From Cenococcum geophilum (Eukaryota), in assembly GCA_050273025.1 (NCBI GenBank), contig CP158635.1:23684001-23748000 (forward strand): DNA of 64,000 bases, written 5' to 3'. Position numbers and translations under genes: made by a program. This document shows, piece by piece, positions 36,392-50,200 of this stretch. Below the pieces are notes generated by a model. That model did no database searches. It was not told the DNA's origin and saw nothing but the letters and a program-made list of their open reading frames with translations. Numbering within the stretch: the stretch's first letter is position 1; each line of letters begins with the position of its first letter.

Positions 36392-39257
36392 GTTTCCTGG
36401 CTAACTTAATAGGCGTCAGCTGTCTTATTTAGCTAAAAGATTATAGGTAGTTGCAGGGCAGTATCTTTACTTATAACCGGCTGCTAATTACGGAACTGCT
36501 TAACTAGCTAATAAAGGCTCTGCTCCTCGGGGTCCATTTTTAATAGACGATCTGCGCCTTTATATAAACTAAGCCTATCCTCTATAGCTTTCTGTAACTA
36601 ATAGAAGTTAAAGGACTCTCGTCTATCTAGATTAGCTCCCGTTTTGGCTATAGCATACCTTTAATATTTAAGCGGAAGTCCTTTTATAAACCAGTACCCT
36701 TGCTAAGCGTTCCCTAGATTGCCTGCCTCTGTAACCCTTTAGGAGATTAGTATAAACTACCTACAGTACTTACGTACGCTGCTTAGCGGACTGTCCCTAT
36801 ACTGCTATATATAGGCTTTTAAGAATTCTACCGTTTCTATTTATCGAAATTAGTCACTTTCTTAGTATTCTGCCCTAAGCTTTCTTATAAGCTCCGTTTA
36901 GTTACTAGCTATAAATTTAGGTAAGCTTTGGATCTACATCCCTATCTAGTAATCGCAGTACTCCAGAAGGCCCTAGTGCTTCTCCTTACTTATTACGTGG
37001 TATCGGACGTATAGCCGTTTGTACTGCTTAATAAACTATAACACGTTCTGTCCTGTAAAGTATGGAGTTCTAGCAGTTCCTAGGGCTAGCATAGGCTAAA
37101 CCATAACATAGATCTTATCTTAAGCCGTCGACTGCTAGTTATAGGATAGTGCATTTAGAGCTTCCTTAGGAGCTTATAGGTGATCCTTACGGCTCCTATT
37201 CTTTATCTACTAATAGTTATCGGTTCTAGGTAAACGCTACGGTAGGTCTGCTTGCATAGCCGTAGTCTTAATAGCGGGTGTCCCAGATAGCTGTCCTGGT
37301 GGTACTTTAGTACGTATATACTGCGGCTAGTCTACTTATATATCTACGTCCCTAACGGAAGGCACCTGCTTTTTAACGCCTAAGGGGGGGTCTCCCTAAG
37401 AAAGCATAGAGTCTTTATTATCTGTTATCACCGGGTCTCAATACGTTCGTCCGTTTCGGCCTACTATCATTCCGCGCGGTAGGGTGCTGCTAAGTCTTAC
37501 GCTTCTACCTATATCTACTTCTTTATGGAACGCCTCTGCAGCCGCCGCTAACATAATCTAGATAACTCGAAAGAAGATAAAGCTAAGCTAGAATAGGAAG
37601 CTTTTAAGGGCAGATCTAATCTCGTATACTCGCGACCTTAGCTAGTATTCTCTCTTCTATTCCTAAAGGGCAGCGCTAACTTCCTCTACCGCTAGATGCC
37701 TTAGATCTTATTTCCATCTAATTAATTGGCTCTTAGCTTGTTGTCTCTGCATCTTTAATAAAGCTCTAGCCATGCTCGTGCGCGGGTAGTAGAAATATTG
37801 GGTAATTCCAACCGGTTAAAGTCGTTTAATTGGCTCGCCTGTTCGCTAGACGTTCTTACTTATAATTTCCGTAACACTCTTTTGCCTCCTATTGCCACTC
37901 TTTAGCCTATACGTTAAGTCTAATGTCCGTCTTTTCCGCTATCTTTCTATTTAGGGACTACCTGGTTCCCCTCGCTGTCTAATACTGCCTAGTTTTCTAC
38001 TTCTGCTATCTCGTTGGTCTAGCTGGCGGTTCTTTTACAGCTAGTTATTCTTCTGCAGCTAGCGGTTCTTCTATAGCTGTAGTATATTCCTGTATATCTC
38101 CTGTGTATATAGTTATATGTAAAATGCCAGACTTCTAATCCAAAGAGCTTGCCGTCGTCCCTACGTGGAATGCTATAAAATATATAGGAGGGTACGACCA
38201 CTCTTAGATAGGAAAGTTACAGTGCTGTCTATCTGTTGGTCGGTTGGTTGTCAGTCGTAATCAATTAGTAGGAAAGCAGTTAGTAAGAAGAAAGGAAAGA
38301 ATGTATTCTTGGTAGGTCGTAATAGAGAAAAGGAGAGAAGCCGAAGGCTCGATATATACAGGAAAATGCCAAGGCACTAAGTAGTGGCCTATTTTACCCC
38401 ACTATAATACTAGGATTTAAGATTACCTAAATTTAATAGCTATAACAGGAAAATGTAAACTAAGTATATAATAAGAATAATAAAAGAATATAAGGGTCGC
38501 TAGAGACTTGCTAGGGAGGCGCCAGTTAAACATATAGCTCCCTTATTATTAGTATATATATACTAGAAATATAAAAACTCCTTATCTAAAAAGGTATTAT
38601 TATAAATGGCCTTATATACAATATAAGGCTCTATAACTATAGACTCTACCTAGAATAATGCTATCGTTATATATAATAGGGACATACCTAATCCACATAC
38701 ACAGTATAGGTGTGCTGCGGCCACTGTATAGGCCCCCATAATATAAGATATTACTTAAATTAAGACTAAATAAAATGCGTAAACTGCTACTAAAGCATAT
38801 ATAAGGCGTAGGAGAGAGAAAACTATATTAAATATAGGAGATGGAAGGTAAGGGCTTAACAGCTACGGGAATAACTATATGCTAGGTTATACGAATGGAA
38901 ATAATAGGCAATAAGCTAGGGGGGCGTAGGTGCCTTTTTAGCGTTTCCTACCTTTAATACTAGGGGGCTAGGCTAGCTATCCCAAGCCTTAACGGGCTAG
39001 AAGCAATGCCGCGCAATATTACTAGACTATATAGGGATATAAGGGTTATAGGGAATATAAGGGAGAGGATGCCCTATAGGAAGACCCTTATAGACAGCTA
39101 TAGCAAGCTTAAGACTAGGACAATTAAGAATTAGACTTAACGCGGCAAATATAATATTTATAGCCGACTCTTAAAGGGTATATAGCTAACTAGCAAGAAT
39201 AGGGGAAGAACCGGAGATAATAACAGATTTAGATATAGAAGCGCTAGTAGGAATATA

Positions 39258-40283
39258 TTTAATTAATTTATTCATTGCTTAACGTCTGATACGGATCCTA
39301 TGCGGCCTACGCAGACTACTCCGTACACAGGGGAAACTTATAAATTTACAGGAAGAAAACCCCTAATATGTTGGGGGAGGAAAAACCCTATAAGCCACCT
39401 CAGTAGGATGAAAAACCCCAAATTGCTATGCCTGCACGTAGCCGCGGCCCTACGGGCCTACAGCTACGTCCTCCTCCTTAGATATTTCAAACTCCTTAAA
39501 AACTACTACTTCCTTCTCTAGCTCATCCAGAGCTAGGGTTCACTACGTCCTAGCTAGGCCTTGCCGATCGATTGCTGTACGCTTGTAGTTGTGCCCCGTA
39601 TCTTAACCACCCCCTATATACTGTCTCTTATTAACCATTGCTATATACGCCATGCCTCCCCCCCCCTAAGGCCTATTAAAGGCGTAAGGGGGATTTATCC
39701 GTTCTACTATCCTAATACTGAAAGATAAAAGCGGGATGTATGTGTGTGTATCTGGGTATCTTTTGTGCCTAGGCCCCAGTCACTAAGCCCTCTCTAAGGG
39801 CACTACTCCGTTAAGAGGAGATAAGGAAAACCGTACGGGGTTATCCAGCTGCTGCTTTTAGTAGTATTACAGTAGTACGGCGAGTGACTATATGCTCCGC
39901 GGGCGATCGCCCTAGGGGTTAGGAGGGGCCGTATATTTGCTCGTTTGTTTATTCGTTCGCGTTTACTTATTTGTTGATGTGAGGTCGTTAATGCTTTCTA
40001 CTGGGGGACGGGGGATAATATCGAATACTGTGCATCCATGTTAGATCGTATAGGTGCCCTAGATAGGAGAATGTAGTAGTCATCGTACTATAGAGAGCCA
40101 ACAGTAGTGGTTTTCAAGATCTCACCATCTGAAAATTTTTCACCACCGCCCTCAACGCCTACAACCACCACCGGTCCTGTCCGCACGCTGTGCGACGTCT
40201 CTGCGTTGGCTCTAGATCTGAACTTTAAAGACCAGGTTCGTAGCCGTCACCACGTACAGGTGCAGAGTCCGATTTCAACGACT
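39258..40283 (-). mobile_element. ~1-kb SINE-like non-autonomous retroposon sharing the LINE 3' tail
   Basis: 11-bp TSD GTAGGAATATA at 39247-39257 and 40284-40294. Minus-strand 3' end GGAGTAGTCTGCGTAGGCC...GGATCC..ATCAGACGTTAAGCAATGAAT matches the LINE tail at ~27042-27095 and ~44102-44155. The rest is unrelated and has no clear ORF. Confidence 0.82.
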
Positions 40284-43200
40284 GTAGGAATATAAGATAT
40301 GGGAATAGAAAGCTCTATATAAAATAAGTAGTAACTAGGGTATAGATATAAGAGATAGAAGTTCTAAATGTCCTAGAGAAAGTAGAAATAGAAGAAGCGA
40401 GGAATAAAGGAGAGGTAAAGGACCCTCGCTAGGGATCCGCTACCTATCTATTATATAGTATAACTATAGTAATATAAACCACCGTCTTGTAAAGCCCTTA
40501 CTAAATAGCCTAGACCTAGAGAAATACTATATCCTTACTATATAAGAGCCGTATTATAATGCCTACATATAATTAATATACTGCCCCTAAGGATTCTAGC
40601 TCCTATACGAACCAAAAGCAGCTATATACGTATACTTTATAATTAGCAAGGCTATTAGCCTATCCTTATAGTTATAGTAGGCAGTTAACCTAGATATTGC
40701 AGTAATAACAATCTAGACATATAGGGGACTGGTATAGATTATTAATGTATATAACCCTAGGGTTAAAGGGGTCCTATAAATAGAGAACATTATATTAGCA
40801 ATAAGCTTACTAGAAACTAAAGGCATAGAGTTTATCCTATTAGGAGATATAAACCTCTACTACCTACGGTAGGGGGGTATCTATATTGCTGCTAAATAAT
40901 AGGCAGAGTGTTTACTAAGAGCTATAGACACTAGGGGCCTTAAGCTAGCTACCCCCCTAGGAGCAATTATATGGCAATAAGGCACCGCTAAAAGTATAAT
41001 TGACCTTATATTTATAGACGAAGGCCTATACTAGAGACTTGAAAGGTATAAACCTAAAGAAGAATAGGCACTTGCCTTAAACTATATCCCTATCCAAATA
41101 TAGCTAGATCTAGATATTAAGGCGTAACTAAATAGTAAAAGATACGCAATAAGAAAGCTTAAGATAGATAGCTTCCTTAATATAGTTAAATAACAACTTT
41201 AAGACCTAGAAGAAATCCACCCAATACTAAACAAGCAAGGCTTATTAGCTACCCCTAAGGAAATCAACCAAAGACTAGAAAGGATCTAGGCAGTAATTAA
41301 AAATGGGCTAGAAGAGCACTGCCCGGTCTTAAAACCAGGCCCCTATACGTAACACGTATAGTCCGCACAATATATAATTCTTATTACTAGCTAACGATAA
41401 GTAAGAAGAAAATATATAAGCAGCTATAATCCTAAAGACAAGAGATAATATAAAGACATAAGAAACTAGCTAAAGAATACCCTAAAAAAAGAAGTAAGGA
41501 ATAGCTGGAGACGGTTTATAAATAAGCATACTACTAACCCAAGCCTCCCCTATAACAAAGGTTTTTAAAAAATAGCGAAATAGGTAAAGAAAAAGGCGGG
41601 ACGTCTAGTAGAAGACCTATACCTTCCGCCCCTACAAAGACTAGGTAAATCACTAGCTATAAGTAACAATAATAAAAAGGCAAAGATCCTTACAGAAATT
41701 TTTTTCCCTTAACTAGCTTTAGCAGACCTTAGCAATATTATAGGTGAAGCACCAGTAACTTACCTAAGGGTTAATAGTAATATAACAACTAAAGAAATGG
41801 CTAGAACTATTAGCCGCCTTTTAAATAACATAGTACTAGGACCAGATAGGATCCTAAATAAAGCCCTAAAGACCTATAGACCACTAATAGCACCTTAGCT
41901 TACGGATATAGCTAGAGTATACTTTATAATAGGCTACTACCCAAGACTTAAAAAAGCTATAATAACGTTTATCCTACGCAAAGAAGGTAAAGTAGACTAC
42001 TTACTCCTAGGAAGCTACTGCCCTATTACCTTAAAGAATACCCTTAGCAAGATCTTAGAAAGGGTAATAGTGGACCATATAGCAGATATAGCTAAGGAAT
42101 ATACCTTACTACCACAAAGCTAAATAGGGGCAAGAAAGAACCACTTAATACTATTAGCACTTACGCTACTTACTACCACTATTAAATCTACATGGGCGAT
42201 GCGAAGGGACTTTATAGTATTAATGCTCAGCCTAAATATTAGTGGCGCCTATAACAATATACCCCACAAGCGTCTCCTATATATTCTTAGGGTAAAAGGC
42301 TTTTTAAAATGGATTATATAATTTATTTAAGGGTTTATAGGTTAAAAAGAAATATTACTAGTCTTTAGCGGATACCAAAGCCCCCCTATTACAGTTGCAA
42401 TAGAAATACTATAAGGATCACCCCTCTCGCCTATACTCTTCCTTTTCTTTATAAGTAACCTACTTAACTCCTTTAAGGAAGGGGCGACCTAGGGGATAGG
42501 CTTTATTAATAATACAAACCTAATTATATACGGGCCAACAGCCGTAAAGAATTGCAGAACACTAGAGAAAGCATATAATACCTATATAGAATAGGTAAGA
42601 CAATATAGAGTCCAATTCTTACTAGAGAAATACCAGCTAATCCATTTTATAAGAAAACGTAACTAATCTGCAGATCTCTAGCATATAATTCACATCTAAG
42701 GCTTTAGGGGTTAACTAGTTTAGGGCCTAAGAGTATTAGGAGTATAGGTAGATAGTAAGCTCCGGTAGAGTATATATGCGGCGTAAGCGGCCTATAAGGG
42801 CTAAGCATAGTATACTATATTATCTAGGATCATTAATTCTATATAGGGTCTATACTTCTAAAGGTCACGCCTACTATATATAGCAGTTGTCCGGCCAACT
42901 ATAATATATAGGTCTAGTATCTGGGCCATTAAAGAATCTAAAAAAGGCCCCCCTAAATCGCTCCTTAAACTACTCTAAAAGGTCTAAATAGCCTGCCTTT
43001 AGAGTATAATAGGCGGATATAAGCGAACGGCTATAGCTCTGCTTAAGAAGGAAGCTAATATTCCCCCCCTACAACTATATATTAAAGCCGCTGCAATATA
43101 AAGGGCGTAAAAGGAACGTAACTCTAATGTTATAAAGTATATTAAGACACGCCTAAATAAACTATAGAGGGATCTTAGGGCGCCTTATAGGAGAACAAAC

Positions 43201-46200
43201 CAACAACCCTAAAGTAGGGAAGATATATTGGAGAAACAGGTAAAGAAAGCAGAAGAAGAATAGTGCTACTTTAGGGCCTAGGCCTATATAGAAGAGGAAG
43301 AAAAACGCGTAAGAGGCCAGCAAAAATAACAGTAAGAAAAAGAAAGGAGCTAAAGTAGAGTATAAAAAAATGCTGGGAAACCATCTACTATAATATAATA
43401 CTGGCTAGACTAACGCTAGAGAGGTATATAGGAGTTAAAGGTATAGAGGCTAACTAAGGCAAAAGGAACCTAAGCTATAGTATAGTTAACGCCATGGGGG
43501 GTAGACACCCTAGGGCTCTAAGAAGGCCTAATAAAGGCAGAAAATATAATAGCAACGCTCTTAAGAATAGGAATAATAGGACTAAAAGACTGGCTCTACT
43601 AGGTAGGTGTCCTAGTAGGTAGCCTAAGATGCAAATATAGCTGGCCAAAACAGACACTAAAACACGTAATACTATTATGCCCCTTACGCACTAACCAAGA
43701 AGTAATATTCTTAATAGCTAGCATAGAGAACTATAAGACACTGCTTTTAATATAAAAAGGCCTTAAGGTAGTTACCTAGTAGCTTATTAGCTAAAATGTA
43801 CTAAACTAGTTCTAGGTCGCAAAGGAAATAATAATAGAGGGTAGGGGGGCGAGTAACGGGCGCCCCTTAATAACTCTATAGTAGCAGAGTAAAGTACACA
43901 ATACTAGCGCGTCCGTAGGCTAGTTACGGCAGCAGTGGTTCCTAAGAAGGTTAAAAAGTAAGGTAGTAGGAGTACTATAGGTAACTTATAGGCGCCTCGT
44001 AGGCGCCTTGTAGGCGAGTCCTAAGAGGTAGGAAAATGGATCACGGGGTTTTCTTAAGTTAAGTCTTTCTTAAGTTAAGTTTTCTCCCTATATATAAATA
44101 AGGAGTAGTCCGCGTGGGCCCAATAGGGATCCGAATCGGACGTTAAGTAATAAATTATTATTATTATATAGCTCTCGCTAAAAACAAGACGTTGCGTAAA
44201 GAAGAGAAGGGAATAATAAGAGAATTATATTGTTACGAACGCTTTAAGTACGATGTTACGACTACTTGGAGAGGAGTCGGAAGAAGCTAGTTGGTTGATA
44301 CAAGCACGGTCTAGGATGGAACCCGTAGAACTATATGACGAGGAATGGTAAGCAGAGTCACGTAATGTGATCTGTGTGATCTGTATGATTTATAAGATCT
44401 ATAACAGAGCGAACAGAGCAGACAGAGTAGATAGAGCAATGACTTTCTTAGGAGTACGGTTGTGTATTTAAGGACCCTTAGTCCCTACCTAGATAGTTCT
44501 TTCCTTATAGTGATTCTTAGAATACAATTAGAGTTAATCTATTAGGCAACCACTCCACCAGTTATTATTACGTTGTTAACTACTATCTTTACATTTTCTA
44601 TACACCTAGCCTATTAATAGAACCCATTGTAGTTCCTACTATAAGGTTCCGTTACATAATTACTATTACGGTTACGGTATTAAATATAGAAAGTTAAATA
44701 ACATGCCACCAAAAGCAGCTACCACGACGCTATTAATAGCGGCAACTACTTTAAGGTTAGGGGGTGACACTAATATGGCGGACACTGACTCGCAACAACC
44801 TATAATGGTAGGACAATTATAAGAAATAGTGGATTAATTAACAGAAAATAATATAATACTTAAGAATAGACTTAATAGAATCGGAGCAGTAAAGGTTAAG
44901 TTACTATTAATTAAATAATTCTTAGGGAAGAGATTAAAGCTTAAAGGATTTCTAACGTAAATATATTTTAAAGTTATGTAAAAAGGGGCCAAGTTAGCCA
45001 CGACAATAAACTAGATAGCCTACGTAGGACTATTCCTAACGGGTCGGGCACTTAAATAGTTTAAACCCTACTTAATAGAAATATAGACTAACGGAATGAC
45101 TACTGCCAATTAAGAGGTACAATTTGTATTTTCTAGCTGGGTAGGATTCGCGGAATAATTAATACAGATATTTAGGGACCTGGAAGCAATAACTATAGTA
45201 GAGAGAAAGCTTTAGGACCTAATATAGCGAACTTTAGCAATTAAGTATATAACGCAGTTTTAGACACTTATAATATAGATTAAATAGAATAATAAGGCGC
45301 TTATAGTATAGTACAAATAAGGACTTAAGGTTAAAGTCTAGGACGTAATTATTCTAATAGAAGATGCGGATACCCTAAGGGAATTAATAGATTAAGCGAT
45401 TAAGATTAACAATAGGATCTTCTAAAGGGAATAGGCTAAGAAGGGCTAGGATAGAGTTTTATAGTTATATAAGATATAGAGTACGTAACAACCAAAGCTA
45501 AGTTAGAAACTATGGTATGGCGCAGAGCTAATGGACCTAAGTAGTACTAAAGAAGCCTATAAGAGATGGAGTAAGAAACTATAGAAACCTAAAGGTTAAG
45601 GATTTAGTAATTATAGGACTAAGGAGCAGAGGCTAAACTAGGGATCTTAATAGTAGAAGATGTTTAGGCGGACTCTATAATAAAGTCAATGGTTTAAAGA
45701 TAGAGCTTATATAAATTACGGAAAATAGGGTCACTTTGTAAGGGATTGTAAAGATAGTTAGAGTTACTATATAATAAAGGGAACCAGACTAATAGCAGAA
45801 GACACATACGTATAGAGGGACGATAGTGCACTGCAAGGAACAAAAGAGTGTTTAATTAGAAGTTTTGCGTTCTATTACAATAACGCATGCCAAATTTATA
45901 AAAACGCTAAGTACGGCGTAAGCTATTAGCTATAGGAGCTAATACCTACAGAATACAGAGGAACTAATAAACTAGTTCGCAGACCGGATATTAAGGACGA
46001 TAAGTTTAATATAGGCGAAATATTTTATAACAATAAGGCAATAAAAGCAGCTTACTGGGAGTGTGCAGACCTTAGAGATGTTATAATAGAGGTAGAGGAT
46101 GATTCCACTACAGAATAGGGAATATTAGTAGGGATCAAAACCCCACTAGATATGATGTCTATTACTTTATAAGACGTAAGAGAAGTAGAACAGCGAACCA

Positions 46201-47210
46201 CTTTAGCACTTAATAAAGGCAAAAGGCCAAAGGCACAAGACTCTTAAAACGAGATGAGTGAGATTTAAGACTCTTAAGATGAGATGAGAACACTACGGAC
46301 GCCTAGTTAGACTAAGGCGGGAGCTAAACTTAGGTTAGAAGTAAGCTTAGGATTAAAGAATCCAAGGGACCAAGAATTTAGAGTATAAATTAGAACACCC
46401 ACAAGTAAGAGGTAAGGGGCTTCTTTATAGATTAGAGAATCTACAGCGCAAATAGCGATTAGATTAGGAGACAGATATATAGACCTAAAAGACTTACTAG
46501 GGGAACATAGTGTTCAGCCTAAAGATTAAAAAGCTAATACTAAGATTAGGAAGTAAGAAGACTTTAAGGATCTACTTATAAGACGCGACGTAAAGGAAAC
46601 TATAGAGGAATTTAGGGTAAGAATTACCTTATAGTAAGAACAGAAACTAGATAAGAGATCTAGTATATTAGGACGTATAAGGGACAGAGCGCTAGTACGA
46701 AGGATTACTAATAGGCCTAGAGTAGGCATACTAAGAGCTAAGTAGCTTACCGAACTGGAATAAGAAGAGGATCTAGGGATTCCTACTAGGTTCGAGGAAC
46801 GACACACTAAAGGCTGTTACAACATAGTAATAAAGAGATATTTTCTTACGGACGAGCCGTATACACTTAAGCAGCTGTACTAAAAGTGGTATAGGCAACG
46901 GCATAATAATAAGTGGGAAGATTTCCATATATAGATAGACGAAAAAGTTGTCTAAGACCACCTAATTATAGAGAAGGCTATAACTCATATTAAGGGGGCC
47001 TTAATTATAACATTAAAGGATCTAGAAGAGTAATTAGAGGACTAGAGAAGCGAAAGGCGAATCTTAATACCCGCGAACGAAGTTGTAACGCTTAGATTAA
47101 TATAAGAAAGGTTTAAACTTAAGGATAAAGACAAACTAAGAGTTAACCTAAGACACTAAGTATATTATATACTATTGTAGATAGTATATATGGATGATGT
47201 GTGTAATATA

Positions 47211-50200
47211 TATTACGGACGCTTTAAGTACAATGTTATAACTACTTGGAGAGGAGTTAGAAGAAGCTAGTTAGTTAATATAAGCACGGTCTAGAATGGA
47301 ACCCGTAGAACTATATAATGAGGAATAGTAGCTAAGGTTATATAAGGTGCTACGTAAGGAACACAAGGAACGAAGGGAATTTACGTACCTTATATATAAC
47401 ACGTACATTATATATAAGAAGGATTTCATAGGAGTATAGTTATGTATTTAAGGACCCTTAGTCCCTACCTAGATAGTTCCTTCCTTATAGTAATTCTTAG
47501 AATATAATTAGAGTTAATCTATTAGGCAACCACTCTACTAGTTATTATTATATTATTAACTTACTTACAATACCTATATACCTAGCCTATTAACGAGTCT
47601 ACCGTAGTTCTTACTACAAGGCTCTATTACATAATTACTACCACAGTTATGGTTTTAATAAGTTAAATAATATGCCACTAAAAGCAGCTACTATAACGCT
47701 ATTAACGGCGGCAACTACTTTAAGGTTAGGGGGTAACACTAGTATAGCGGACACTAACTCATAACAACCTATAACGGTAGGACAATTATAAAAAATAGTG
47801 GATTAATTAATAGAAAATAATATAATACTTAAGAACAGACTTAACGGGATTAGAGTAGTAAAGGTTAAGTTACCTTTAATTAAATAATTTTTAAGAGAAA
47901 GATTAAAGCTTAAAGGATTCCTAACGTAAATACATTTTAAAGTTATATAAGAAGGGGCTAAGTTAGCTACGATAATGGATTAAATAGCCTACGCAGGACT
48001 ATTTTTAACAGGTTGGGCACTTAAATAGTTTAAACCCTACTTAATAAAAATATAGACTAATGGAATAACTACTACTAATTAAGAGGTATGATTTATGTTT
48101 TCTAGCTAGGTAGAATTCGCGAAATAATTAATACAAATATTTAGAGACCTGGAAGCAATAACTATAGTAAAGAGAAAGCTTTAGGACCTAATATAGCGAA
48201 CTTTAGCAATTAAGTACACGATATAGTTTTAAATACTTATAATATAAGTTAAATAGAATAATAAGGCGCTTATAGCACAGTATAAATAAGGACTTAAGGC
48301 TAAAGTCTAAGACGTAATTATTTTAATAGAAGATACGGATACCCTAAAGGAATTAATAGATTAAGTAATTAAGATTAATAATAGGATCTTTTAAAGGGAA
48401 TAGGCTAAGAAGGGCTAGGATAGAGTTTTATAGTTATATAAGACGCAGAGTACGCAACAACTAAAGCTAAATTAGAAACTATAGTATGGCGCAGAGCTAA
48501 TAGACCTAAGTGGTACTAAAAAAGCCTATAAGAGATAGAGTAAGAAACTATAGAAACCTAGAGGTTAAGGATCTAGTAATTATAGAACTAAGGAGCAGAG
48601 GCTAAACCAAAGATCTTAATAGTAGAAGATATTTAGGCGGACTCTATAATAAAGTTAATAGTTTAAAAATAGAGCTTATATAAATTATGGAAAATAGGGT
48701 TACTTTGCGAGGGATTATAAAGATAGTCAGAGTTATTATATAATAAAGGGAACTAGACTAGTAGTATGTAATATACACGTATAAAGAGATGATAGTACGC
48801 TATAAGGAACAAAAGAATGTTTAATTAGAAGTTTTATATTTTGTTATAATAACGCATACCAAATTTATAAAGACGCTAAGTATAGTATAAGCTATTAGCC
48901 ATAAGAGCCAAAGTTAAGAGGACTTAAAGGAACTAAAGAGTTAGATAAAAATTAAGATTAACTCTATAAGCTAGATTAAGATATTATAGTAATATACAAA
49001 TAAAGATTAGTAATAATAATAATGGAGTTGGAGTACTTATTAATTAATAGTAATAAGGATAGTAAAGGAACTAACTAGGGGTATCTAAACCTTAATAACG
49101 TAATAGAAGTAAAGACTAAGACCACTATAGAGCAAGGTTTAGTAACGGGTATTATAACACCATTAAATACGGTATCTATCGCTTTATAAGATGGAAGGAG
49201 TAATATCTAAAGATAATTAAGCAAGTAGACGACTGCTAGTGCTAGCTTACTACTTAATAAAGGTAAAAGGCTAAAGGCTTAAGATTCTTAAGACGAGATA
49301 AAAGACAACTAAGATTCTTAAGAAGAAATAAGGTATACTTAAGGACCTATAACGGACGAAAACCGATAGAGTAGGGCAATAGCTTAGTTTAAGAATATAC
49401 AAATAAGCTTGGGATAAGTGTTCCTAATGGTATAAAACTCTTAAGATAAGATAAGTGAGATCTAGGACTCTTAAGACGAGATAAGGACACTAGTAAAGCC
49501 TAGTTAGACTAAGGCTGGAGCTAAACTTAAGTTAGAAGTAAGCTTAGGATTAAAGAATCTAAGGGATTAAGAATTTAGGATATAAATTAAGACACCTATA
49601 AGCAAGAGGCAAGGAGCTTCTTTATAAAGCAGGGAATCTGTAATATAAATAGTAGTTAGGCTAGGAGACAGATATATAGACCTAGAAGACTTACTAGTTA
49701 AATAAGATGTTTAGACTAAAGATTAAGAGTTTAATACCAAGATTAAGAAGTATAAAGACTTTAAGGATCTACTTGTAAGACGTGACGTAAAGGAAACTAT
49801 AGAGGAATTTAGGGCAAGAATTACCTTATAGTAAGAAAAGAAACTAGATAAAAGATCTAGTATATTAGGACGTATAAGGGATAGAGCGCTAGTACAAAGG
49901 ATTACTAATAGGCCTAGAGTAGGCATACTAAGAGCTAAGTGGCTTACTAAACTGGAACAAAAAGAGGATTTAGGGATTCCTACTAGGTTTAAGGAACGAC
50001 ATACTAAAGGCCGTTATAACGTAGTAATAAAGAGATATTTCCTTATAGACGAGCCGTATATACTTAAGCAGCTGTACTAAGAGTGGTATAGGCAACGATA
50101 TAATGATAAGTGGGAGGATTTCTATATATAGTTGGACGAAAAAGTTATCTAAGACCACCCGATTATAGAGAAGGCTATAACTTATATTAAGGGGGCCTTA

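Larger units (their letters stand above)
31106..38406 (-). mobile_element. LTR retroelement, apparently non-autonomous (gag-like region, no RT/IN recognised)
   Basis: About 224-bp LTRs at 31106-31329 and 38183-38406; TSD ATAC (31102-31105, 38407-38410). PPT complement TACCTCCCC after the left LTR. Zinc-knuckle remnant at ~36450-36490 (-). Low-complexity and duplicated internal segments. Confidence 0.85.
30211..44164 (+). mobile_element. Full-length Tad1-like LINE (RIPped) with nested insertions
   Basis: 14-bp TSD TATATAGCTCTCGC at 30197-30210 and 44165-44178. ORF1 with zinc knuckles (~38650-38800). APE motif GDINLYY (~40843). RT motifs PGSYCPITL, GSPLSPILFLFFI and GFINNT (~42500). (TTA)n tail. 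Confidence 0.92.

Noticed and set aside
40236..40247. Pol III B-box-like GGTTCGTAGCC suggesting a tRNA
   Set aside because: Imperfect, on the strand opposite the element, and no cloverleaf or A-box found.
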